A DNA stretch of 63,557 nt, counting the filler, from Choristocarpus tenellus KU-1152 (Eukaryota; Protista; Phaeophyceae): assembly GCA_964200185.2 (NCBI GenBank). It is 12 parts of 12 records of this genome, joined end to end, with 100 filler letters (N's around TTAATTAATTAA, not from the genome) between each part and the next. Parts side by side here need not be neighbours in the genome. Positions count along the whole stretch, not along the records: positions 46,865 to 52,635 come from CAXNAD020009791.1; positions 52,736 to 59,941 come from CAXNAD020006536.1; positions 60,042 to 63,557 come from CAXNAD020019508.1; 9 more parts are not named here. The stretch is one strand, 5' to 3'. The translations under genes were made by a program, and so were the position numbers. Below the pieces are notes generated by a model. The model ran no database searches. It saw only the letters and a program-made list of their open reading frames with translations, and was not told where the DNA came from. Positions 52,564-63,557 of this stretch are shown one piece after another (position 1 is the stretch's first letter; each line of letters starts with the position of its first letter).

Positions 52564-54674
52564 TGTTAAAGTATCCCCAAAATCATCAAAGAGGATAAAG
52601 GTGATAAACCCGGCGAGATTGCTTGGTGTCTGTAGNNNNNNNNNNNNNNNNNNNNNNNNNNNNNNNNNNNNNNNNNNNNTTAATTAATTAANNNNNNNNN
52701 NNNNNNNNNNNNNNNNNNNNNNNNNNNNNNNNNNNCGTAACGGACGCCCCCTCACAGACCACCTCCCCCCCCGAGATAATTTATTCTGTCAGAGGCTTAG
52801 GTATGTCAAATCGTGATGAAAAGAAGATGCATTGCATATCTTTGGAGACATTTGTTGACGACAATCTCGGCAAGTATTAGTGTGAGAAATAGATGCAGAC
52901 TGCCTTATAATAGCCATGTCCCTCGTTTCCGTCAGATTCCGGACAAGGTTTATCTTTGGTGGACATTTTGCCTCGACTACGTCCTTTAACTCTGCATTTA
53001 TGGGGTCTGCGTATGAGGGGAATTTGGTGTTAAAGGTTGACTGAATGGGTGGTTATCATTAGAAATCGGGTGGTGGACAACTCTGTGGTTCACTACCAGG
53101 AAATCTATGTTGACAAAGACTCTGGAAGATTTATGGAGGGGAAATTTCTGTACGTCCTCCAGGAAGACCTCATCAAAGAAATTAGGATCGCCATTTTGCA
53201 AGGGTGGTAGAATGTGTTCTGTTCGTTCAATCTCTTTGTATTCTTGCCCATGAATACTTGGAAACGGTTCCCCCGTGGTATAGAAAGTGCTTTTTTGCTC
53301 CTTATCGAACCCTTACGCCAATCGTAATGATGTGGCATACGTAGTTTTCGAAGTACAAGCAATGTACCAAGAGCGTTATCAATTTACTATTGAAACACTC
53401 TTCCACTTCAGAAATCTGGTTAATACCACTGTGAAACACTCGGGAAATCGGCACTGAGGTTCTTCAGACAAAAGGGGAGTGGGAAGACCCTCAGAAGGAA
53501 CAGTAGGGAGAGAGACAATCCAGGAGAATGAGTGACCCTCAGAAGATCACTCTCAAGGAAGGGGTGAGCAAGGATAGTGAACGAGAGGGGGTTACAAGCT
53601 CCACTCACCAACCCGATATTGACTTCATCAGTTGTAGCAATGCTGATATCTATGAGGAAACAGACGTTTACGTGTATCTTCTGAAGGAAGGACCATTTAA
53701 AGTTATATGGTTGGCTACCACACTAATGTCTGTCGAAATATATTAACAGAAGGAACAACTACAACAGGAAATTGTCATGTACTTGGTGGAGAATTGGTCA
53801 TACATAACTTTTAGCAGTCTTCGCCCTATCGGAAAAAAGAGTTGTGAATCGGCTCCGATAAATCGGACGCACAAATTTAGTAGGTTATTTCACGTGTCAT
53901 CTGTTTTTAAGAGAGATTTTGATTCAATCGCACCACGCATAACTCCACACGTCGAATTTTATCCGCAAATATCTTGCCCTATAGCACAGCTGTGACGTAA
54001 TGATAGGTGTCAAATACAAATATCAACCTCATTTATGGAATATATAAAAATTGTTTTTGGCCTATTTTTATCAGAAAGGTGGAAAATTTCTTGCGTGTGT
54101 AATCAGAGATATTTGATATATTGAGATATTGGTTTGATTTATTGGAAGTCTGACGGAATGTTACAACCCCCTCTTCTCCATTCGCCACAGTAAGAGATGC
54201 ATTCCCTTTCATGTAATGGAAGGAATGTCTATCACTCCTCAGAAAAGTACAAAAAGGTGGGCTAAGTGTGACAAGAAACACATGTTCATATTTTCATTAT
54301 TTCGGAGCAGGAATAATATATGTACTGGTAGTGTCCCTCAGGTGATGTTCACACTCAGTGTAGTGTCTGAGCTGACACGACCAAAGCGAACATAAACTAA
54401 GAAAGAGAAAACACTCCAGGTACCACACTAACCTAAACCGATGTAGATATACAACCGCTAGGCAAAAGAGGTGGCAAAAATCACCTTACAGGGTTTTGTG
54501 CTTCTCTCCACCAATACTATGATTTCCTGCTACCTATGCCTTCCACACTTGGACACCAAAGGCATCCTCACAAGAGTGCAGCACCGCACAATGTCATCAA
54601 TCACATCCCGAGAGAGACGGTTCAGCTTTTTGGTGACTGTGTTGCCAGGAGTGGAGAAGGGTTCAGCACATAGA

Positions 54675-54978
54675 GAGTAAAAGTATCTCAGAGGGTACGA
54701 GTTTTTCCCTGTTTGTCCATTTGGGGCTTGGCTTCCCTCAGGGTTTTCTTTATGACATTTTCCTACTCCAAGAAAATTCGGAGTTGGTATAATGTATACG
54801 TTATGAAAAGGTGTGTCCGGAACAAGGATATTTACACTTCCTAATAAACACGATAGCCAAAATTACATCAAAATCACAACACTGATATATACATGATAGC
54901 CAAAATTATATCAAAATCGCAACATTGGGTTTTGGCCCCCAAAAGGACACGGCTCTACCCTCTAAGATACTTCGGCTT
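54675..54978. mobile_element. MITE family A copy with internal ~45-bp duplication
   Basis: Both TIRs; flanks AGA/ATA. Confidence 0.9.
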
Positions 54979-54989
54979 ATATACAACTG

Positions 54990-55412
54990 AAGTGACCTGT
55001 GCAGCCAATGCTTCAGTGCACTCCTCCCTTGCTTTCTGTCATTTGAGATTATGATCAAGAATTTCTATCTCCACTGGTTGCATGCCAGGCTCCAGGTAGA
55101 TATTGCACTTCATCCTCCATATAGGTACCTCCAACCGTGCCCTCTTGTGGTCACTCCCTCACCTCCATCTCTACAGGAGGGCATCTCCATCACCCAACTG
55201 TTGTGTGTGACGTCTTGACGGTTTCTTGACCACAGCTAGTCATGCTGTACCGTTGGTTACTTTCATTATCATCAGTGGAGCTCTCTCCCCCCTCCAGGTC
55301 CTATTCCTCCACAAGGGTTGTGGAATAACCTATTGTTATCCTTACGTTGTTTTATGTGCTGATACAAGGATATAACATAGTTTTCATGTGAGTTCATCTT
55401 TGGTTTGGTACA
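54990..55412 (+). mobile_element. 3' end of the CRE/RLE non-LTR family
   Basis: 55320-55412 matches reverse complement of 940-1026; WLHARLQVDIAL upstream. Confidence 0.55.
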
Positions 55413-55770
55413 ATACAAACTAGAGTCACCAGGGAGATGGGCACGGAGGGGTTTGCGGATTCTTGGAATGCCTCCCTAGCCCCCCCCACCGGGGCACAGG
55501 AGTAGGTAGATAGGAAGCACAGGAAGACAGTAGTACAAATATTGATAATGGTGAAGTAACTGATAGATTAGTGGTGGTTTTCACACTTACAGTGTTTTGT
55601 AGTGTTTTCATATTTATGATAATTGATTTCTTTAGGAATTATACTGACATATGTATAGTTCTCATTTGTTTTTCCCCTGACACATCTGCAAAATGTCAGA
55701 GGGCATAATAACAAAATACAAATTTGTAATGTGCTAAAAGATATGATGAGTAGCGGTATGATGAGTCAAT

Positions 55771-56042
55771 CCGTGGAAGTATCTTAGAGAGTACGAGTTT
55801 TGCCCTGTTTGTTCATTTGGGGCTTGGCTTCCCATGTTTTTATTTTATGACATTTTACATACTCCAAAATGTTTCGGGGTAGGTAAAATATATACGTTAT
55901 GAAGTGGTGTGACCGGAACAAGGATATCGACATCTCGTAACAAACACTATAACCAAAATTACATTAAAATTACATCAAAATTGCATCGTTGGACTTTGAC
56001 CCCCAAATGGATGCGGCTCTACCCTTTAAGATACTTCGACTC
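55771..56042. mobile_element. MITE family A copy, TSD AAT; partial copies also at 15890-16014, 20097-20171, 41254-41340
   Basis: Both TIRs; AAT on both flanks. Confidence 0.9.
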
Positions 56043-56074
56043 AATGTAAATTCATACATCAGCGATATTGGACA

Positions 56075-56250
56075 GGCTGAAAGTATCTGAGGGGGGTGTC
56101 AACCGTCCATTTGGACCCAATTTTTTTATGTTGCGATTTTTTGGTGATTTGGTTCCATACATTGGATGGATAATGAAAGTGTACTTTTCCTGGTTTCGGT
56201 ACAAATGGACACTCTGTTGTAGATCCCCCCCCCCCCAGATACTTTGGGTG
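56075..56250. mobile_element. MITE family B (~180 bp, TIR NNNNNAAAGTATCTG-polyG), TSD ACA
   Basis: GGCTGAAAGTATCTG...CAGATACTTTGGGTG with ACA on both flanks. Confidence 0.88.
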
Positions 56251-57444
56251 ACACCTGGCGGAGAATAATTATTTCAGTGTATCTTCACCATGAAACTCAA
56301 CCAGCCGTTATGGGCGACAAGCCTTACATGCACGAAGCTATTTAACAAGGCATTTAGCCTTCAGGTTGAACGCCTGCCAACACCAATGAAAGAAATACCT
56401 AACTCCTGGCCTTCCTTTGTTGTTGGGGGAAAATTTCACAACTGATACCTCAGCTTCACCATCAACGTTCTTGTTGTCTCCTAGGCCATCGTCTTCTGTT
56501 CTCTTTTTTGTCGTTGCGTTTACTTTCATATCCAAGAAATTGTCTAACGAGTCAACCCCCATCTACCATGATGGTAAGCGGAACTTTAATGATGTAATAT
56601 TGACCCACGGAAGTGAGTACTGTATGCTGGCAGGATCTAGACTGTTTCATGTATCAAAACACACTTTCAGAATAATATTCAATCAGGGAGTGTTGCAAGG
56701 AGTGTAGAGTTAGTACATTTTGACACAAGAACCACACAATTTGTGTACCTGTGTACAAAGTAGAAACACTCATGCGCAAAGCACTAATGCCGCATGCTGG
56801 CAGGAACTAGGCAATTTTTGTTCATATATACCCACCACAGGAAGGAGTAGAATGTGTGCACTTAGACGCAACCACACCGTTACTACATGAAATTAGTACA
56901 TTTATTTCGTATGTGCGTGTCGTGGGATTATACCCAAGAAGATATAATACTAGTGAGGCAAAAGAACATTTTCCCCTCGAAACAAAATCACACCTACTGA
57001 CTGGGATAAACCCCAGCATTTTATCTGACCAAGGGCTAATAATCAGCCCTTTGTTACCTACGATTTGATTGAGAGCTCGATCATATCATGTACTACTTAA
57101 AATAAACACGAAACTAGACATGGTTGGCCCACATCCCACATGGAATTGGAGCCAAACCAATTTGAGAGGTAGGCAGTGTTGCATTAGGTGGATCCCAAGA
57201 AAGGACAAAAGGTCGGCATTTTGTACAATTGGAGAAAGAAACTTTGGTTATCTCTGGTGTCACTTTGTGTTTGAAAAGGATGAATATCGATTTTGCTTAC
57301 ACTATCCTCCACATGAATAATTAAATAAAGTGTATTGCAAGGAGTAGGAAAGATGACTTGGAAAGCGTAAGGGTCCAAGCCTGACTGTCTCTCAATTGTG
57401 TTGACTCGTTAGGTACATTATCTCTAAATTGGTCACAAAACCCA

Positions 57445-57625
57445 GGCTGAAAGTAGCTGAGGGGGGCGGCAACCGTCCATTTGGACCCAATTTTTTCATG
57501 TCGCGATTTTTGGGTAATTTGGTTCCATACGTTGGATGGATAATGAAGGTTTACTTTTCCTGGTTTTGGTACAAATGGACACTCGGGTGTAGACTCCCCC
57601 CCCCACCCCCCAGATACTTTGGGTG
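57445..57625. mobile_element. MITE family B copy; partial copies at contig ends 6262-6312, 9594-9614, 9715-9851, 29529-29549, 41339-41430, 46719-46763
   Basis: Near-identical to 56075-56250. Confidence 0.88.
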
Positions 57626-57906
57626 TCCAACACCAACACGAAACCAGTCCAAAATTGGGGTGGAGGGGTCGAAGGATGAATTTGATGGAATGGTCTTTGG
57701 ATTTGATTCAGATATGGATGTTTTCGAGTTCTGCATAGGTCGAGGAATGAACCTCCTTCTAGTACTTGCACCTGAATTGTGAAGGAATTGATTGGGTTTC
57801 TCAGGTTGAGTTTTTGGGAAATCAGGTTGAAGTTGCGATTAGACGATATGATTGAGTAAAGGTATGTTGCATTGCCCAATTTGTTGTATCGTCTTTATCC
57901 TCACGC

Positions 57907-57915
<9 letters not shown>

Positions 57916-57982
<67 letters not shown>
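57916..57982. repeat. (TG)n microsatellite
   Basis: Directly visible. Confidence 0.98.
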
Positions 57983-57986
<4 letters not shown>

Positions 57987-60799
57987 TTGTCTTCCTGACG
58001 TATAAGTAGAGGAGACCTCTCTGACATTTTTTTCAAAAGTTATAACCAAGGAAAGAGGAGGATTAAAGCGTGCAAACACAATATTGTAACCACCCATAAT
58101 CATATTCAACAGTGTGGAAATATGGCTTGGACAGGACCAGACGAAACGCGATTCCCTCTAGATGAACACAAGAGTGAATGAGCTTTACCCACATCCTAAA
58201 TCCCCATTCCGAGTAGTACTACTTCTCAATATCGGAAAATATTTTGTCTCCTTCACCCACATACAAGTACAACCTAGATTTACGCAAAACTAATACTATT
58301 TTTTTCTTCAAGGCTTCACCATATCCTCATTTCTTCATCTTCTGCCCCAACCTACAATTCAGAACTAATTGTACTTCTTCTGCTTATCGGTGTATTATTC
58401 ATATTCCAATATCTACACCACTGCTGTTATCACATACGGTGGAACTAATCGACTTGATGTTGCGGTTCCGATACCTACAAATTGAAGTGACTCTAAATGA
58501 AAAGGTTGTAATTCTGTTACTACAAGCTGTATGTCTTGAATCATGGAGGTTCTACTGAGACGTTGTTGCTTTAATACACCTGGTTTCGATCGACACATTG
58601 ATGCAATCAAATACACGCAGATACATCACACTAGGAACAATGACTGCAAACAGACCCCAGGCATGAAGTGCCAAACTGCTAATGAATATCAGTTGGTGAG
58701 GGTACTGTGTGTAAAACAAGTTAAAAATGCGAAGACAGAGGAAAACTCATTCTGGGTGCAGGCAAGGTAGGTACATGTGATAAACAATGCATCAACAATA
58801 GCAAGATGCCAAATGGCTCTGCTCACTGTCGTGCGATTTAGGGCATGAGAACGACACTGCTTAACCAGCCTGTAATGAGGTACCTACCCAGCGGTCATGT
58901 AGACAGTCAGTTGTACACTGATATTGTTTGGTACCAAAAAATTGCATGTCAAGATAGGGTGCACCAAAGACAGAAATGGCATTCGATCCCACCTAGAAGA
59001 AAAAAGATATCCTTGCACAGTATCACATACAATTTTGGAGAGAAACCGATGGTACGGAAGGTGGGGTCTCCAAGATGACCTTTCAAGTCTTTCGATATTG
59101 CAAATGATCAGTGAATTTCACTTGTAGAGGACATAAATAGGTGGCACAAATGTGTGAAGGATGGAGAAAAATACGTAATGGACGCCTGGCATACTGCAGA
59201 GGTCCAAGTAGTCATATATGATCACAATCGGAAGGGGCTTTGTCAACCAATCATCGGTGAAAATGTCGGCTCTCTTTTTCTTCTTTGAAGAGGAGGGGAC
59301 AAGGTTCATTGCCTAGCCTAGGGTACTCTTCTTGATGATTGTAGTAGGTTGTATTTGCTGGGTGTAAGGACTTACGCAGATACTCTAAATATCGCGCATG
59401 CAGTTTGTACGTACACATACATTCGAGTACTACATGGATATGTTCCCTTTCTTGTACCAATTATAGCCCTTCTTGATGGAACTGGGATTCTTTAATTTTG
59501 AGCCTTTTTTTTATTTTCTATTCTGTATAGATTTTGCTGATTAATGAAATATATGTCCGTGGTTTTGTTGGCATATAAATACGTTCAACAATATCTTTAC
59601 TCTGGGGTTCAGGAATAGGTGGGTTGGAGGTAAAGGAAGGCAGTGGTATGTATAACAGGTGGTAGTAAGATAGGAAATAGACCCTTTCCCCTGCACACAC
59701 TCACTGGACCTGGGCCGTGCCTCGGCTCTATACCTCCACGCCAGACCCCTACATCCCACCCCGTGCCCCACCTGTCGTATCCCTGTCAGCCCCGAACACT
59801 ACTACGCCGCCATGGAGGGGAGTGTGGGAACCGAAGCTGTGCTGGAGTCCATCCGCTCACAATCGTCCTCCACCCCTTTTGCCATCCCACCATTTCGCCT
59901 ACTCTCCATCCCACGCCCCAACACCCCAGCCCCTCCCCCTTNNNNNNNNNNNNNNNNNNNNNNNNNNNNNNNNNNNNNNNNNNNNTTAATTAATTAANNN
60001 NNNNNNNNNNNNNNNNNNNNNNNNNNNNNNNNNNNNNNNNNGTATACCTTCAGTGGAATGTGGCTCTCACATCACCCCCCCTCCTAATGTGGTTTGATGC
60101 AGGTATCAAAACAACATAGGTGTCAATGGAAAATGGAGGAAATGTGTGTGCAGAACAACTGACATGAGCACTGAAAAGAAAAGTAGTCTTTCAACAAAGA
60201 AATACTGTCTTGCAAGACCGTTGTGTACACAAAAAAATAAATATATGTATGTATATATATATCTGCAAATTAGCAAAAATGCAGCATAAGAAAGTGGTTT
60301 TCGTGAGACCTCACAACTTAGCACTTGTAACTAAGGGATTTGGTGTCAACCAAATCAGTGACGCTTCACCTTGATCAAGGGTGAGATAATCAAACATATC
60401 TGAGCACATGGAACGATCACGATTTTGCTGTATCAGATACGACCATGTCTGGTCAAATCTTCAACAAAAAAAAGGGCAAAGGCAAGGACTAGCTAGTCTT
60501 GTCATGACATTCTGTTAATTCCGGCTAGGAGATCCAGATGTAAAAGCATGGACCATCATCTCAAATGAGGAAAAAAGAGTATGGAAGACTCCTAATGGGA
60601 GCACAGAAATCGTGATCAAATTACAGCTGTATCGCTGCATCACCAATCAGTATATACTTGCGTATATAAAAATGTTCAAATCAATTCGAAACAAAATGGA
60701 AAAGAAAAAAGAAAAAGAAAGAAAGAAAAAAAGAAAGAAAGCAAGAAAGAAAGCAAGCAAGAAAGAAACATTGAACAAATAAAAATTCAATTTGAAACC

Positions 60800-62445
60800 G
60801 TGGACAAACACGGGGATGGAGTTGGCCAAACATTATCACTGAAATAACTGTTCATCAAAACAGTTGTCCTCCTGAAAAAAAAGAAAAGAAAAGAAAAATG
60901 AAATAAAATATAACAAGTGTGCAAGAATCATTTGTAAAGAAATGAACTCGGATTTCCTCTGTTCATACATGGGTGCACATGTACAAAAAAAAAATCAACT
61001 TATCAAAATTTGATATGGCCAAGTAGACATCCATGTGACATATATATCAAAAGATATATATATGTAACAACACAACCACAAATCATTGTCTGAAACAAAA
61101 ATAAAATTTGCAGCACATACATATTTGAAAAAATACATGTATATAATACCTTCAGCAGAAAATAAATGAAGTATGGAATCTTTTTCATGGATCAGAATTG
61201 ATAACCGTCGAAGGTTGCAAGTTGGAATGAGATTTATCCAGACAATGTTGTTGCCTTTATGCAGCAATCATATCTGCACATTGTGGCAAATCACGTGGAC
61301 GATAGAATACATCAGAAGCACGGTTATAGCCTTTAAGACGTAATATATATTCTATGTTCATAGGTGAACGAGGTCCACGGCCAAACTTGTGTCCCACAAT
61401 CGCTTCAATAATGTAATGACCAGTGGTTACCGGGGATTCTAAATCATCCAGATCTGGTAAGGGTAAAGTTCGGCCAAGAAAAAATTCACTGAGAGTCATA
61501 AAATCAGGTTCAGGTGGTTGTGTGTTTGGAATGTAAGGTTTCAAGTGGGCTAAATGAACAGAAATGTCTTTGATGTCACCCTATTTACGAACACAGTAAA
61601 CTACAGGGGAAATCTTAGCGGTGACAGTGAAAGGTCCACGCCAAGGATGAATCAGTTTTGGATTAGGTCCGTCGCGGTCAGCATGCAGCCGATGCACCAA
61701 AACTTGAGCTCCAACTTGAAACACCGGGAAAACAAGAGTTTCATTGTTAGCAATTTTCTTAGCATTCCGTTCTCCTACATTGCGACGGGCTAATTCAAAA
61801 GCTAACTGTAAATTCTCAGCTGTTGATTGAGTAAACTCTTGGCTAGATTGTGCAACTGTTGTTTTAGATGGACCAAGAATGACATATATCGGTAAAATTG
61901 GCCGGCGTCCAAAAAGTAGGAAGAAAGGTGTTTCTTGTAATGTGGTATTGTTTGCCGTATTGTGAGTCAATTGAAGAAATGGAACAACAGTCGCCCAATT
62001 ATTCTCTGCAATGTTACTGTACATGGATAACATTTGATGCAAAGCAGAATGAACACGCTCTAAGACAGAGTTACCCTGAGGTCTGTAGGGTGTGGTTCAA
62101 GTTTTATGGTACCCAAACACTGTCTGTAATTCCAGAACAAGTTTATTTTCAAATTCCGAACATTGGTCAGAGTGAAGGATTTCGGGTGCCCCAAATATTG
62201 AAAATATCATTTCAAACAAAACTTTGGCAATGGTCACTTCTTATTTGTCTGGAATGAGAATGAGAAAAGCAAAGCGTGTCAACTGACAAATAGCCAAAAG
62301 AACATAACGGCAACCGCGGGAAATGGTTTTATTTTGTACAAGATCAACAGCAATCCGTTCAAATGGTCGGGTGGCAGGAATTTGTCCTTGAGGTAATGTA
62401 GGACGTCTGTAAGAGGTTTTCCGTCTTTGACAAAGTTGACATCTC
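60800..62445 (-). mobile_element. Second copy of the same chromodomain Gypsy family (integrase, chromodomain, 3' region)
   Basis: Colinear with 48620-50250; RPFERIAVDLV, HPWRGPFTV, YIIEAIVGHKFGRGPRSPMNIEY. Confidence 0.93.
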
Positions 62446-62581
62446 GAATGGCGACAACTTCTTCCAACCGTTTCATTCGATAAAGAAACAATAAAATGTC
62501 CAAATGGAATCGTTACAATATGAAGTACGTGCCCTAAACTGCCTACACATTCCCCCACTCCTCGCATCTAATCTGCCCCAA

Positions 62582-63557
62582 TGTAAGGAATTTTTTCGGC
62601 ACAAAGGAAGAAACAATTTTTATTTATTACAATGAATGAACGTCCACCAAGCTTGGCCCACATCTCGTACTATACCCGTTTCGATCAGGCAGAACGATCA
62701 GCAACACAAGCAAGGCAGAACATCTAACCAGCTTTTGCACCTCCGTACGCGGGAGGGACGAGAACCATCGCTTCTCACACGTGGGACGGACACTCCAAGG
62801 CCGTTGCGAGACATTACGAACGCATGGGTTCCAGTCGTGGATTCGCAAAGCACATATACCCCAATGCCCAAAAGGTATGGCTCACCCCCCATCACCACCA
62901 TATAATACGGGAATGGCTCACCCCCCATCACCACCATATAATACGGGAATACTTCGTACTTGATACGTACCAAACAAGATACAAATTCCCGCGCCGTACT
63001 ATACAATTTCGAACCGAAATATTGAAAAATGTAGTTCATGGACGCGCCTTATGACGTCATCATCACAGCCTCACATCGTGTAGAAAATCCGCAGGGTTAG
63101 GAAAAGTGAGAGTTTATGAAGTAAACTGAGTTTTGTGGGCGGAAGAATTCTGGTTGGTTGGGGGCACGGGACAAGAATGGGGCGAAAAAAGAAAAGAAAG
63201 ACGTAGGAAGGGAAGGAAGAGTTAAGGAAGGGACGAGATGGTTAATAGAAATGAGTGGTAGGTAGAAGGAAGGACAGCAAGCCAATTAGTTGGAAGGGGA
63301 AAGAACATCAAGGATATAAGACGAGGAGGGGAGACCAAGGCAACCTCCGAGCAAGCTTCTCGCCGGAGTGGACCAAGACATAACCCGAACAATCTTTCCG
63401 AAAGCTGGAAGGGAGAAAGGTCCGAGGGGAGGGCGGGGATGCTTGAGAAGCGGATACGGAAATGGTAAGAAAAGGTCGACAAGGTAAGGGGGCTGATGAA
63501 TGAGACGATGAATAACAGTGTGGATAGGTGTAGGGTAGGTAGGGAATACGGGTAGTG
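62582..63557 (-). repeat. Probable LTR of the Gypsy family, with 36-37-bp tandem duplication at 62877-62951
   Basis: Minus strand ends ...CTTACA followed by TTGGGGC (PBS-like); 63290-63360 is homologous to the LTR-like repeat at 6313. Confidence 0.4.

Larger units (their letters stand above)
56850..59480. mobile_element. Scattered, very degraded Copia pol remnants
   Basis: ADIFT..KPLP (RNase H end, minus strand ~59225-59270); weak post-integrase and RT-start echoes on plus strand. Confidence 0.3.

Overview
Eukaryotic nuclear DNA, most plausibly from an alga (inferred from spliced Nudix and PPR genes, TTAGGG repeats and the transposon spectrum). The window is 12 short contigs joined by artificial 100-nt linkers (N44-TTAATTAATTAA-N44), so adjacency across linkers means nothing. 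It is dominated by decayed transposons: CRE/RLE-type non-LTR copies, Copia, chromodomain Gypsy, pogo, DD39D mariner, a Sola2-like transposase, and several MITE families that share one terminal signature and make 3-bp TSDs. Host genes are a multi-exon Nudix hydrolase (NUDT20-like), the last exon of a PPR protein and a few unidentified or pseudogenised exons. The standout is about 400 bp at 48099-48492: two back-to-back decaying bacterial gene fragments (ADP/ATP translocase tlc C-terminus and secA) of Rickettsiales type, embedded between host repeats, probably a nuclear insertion of endosymbiont DNA. Also notable are telomeric repeats placed with strand polarity at intron ends, telomeric repeats grown inside a MITE terminus, and a MITE group whose termini and TSD do not fit neatly into a known superfamily. 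All family assignments come from motif recognition, not database searches.
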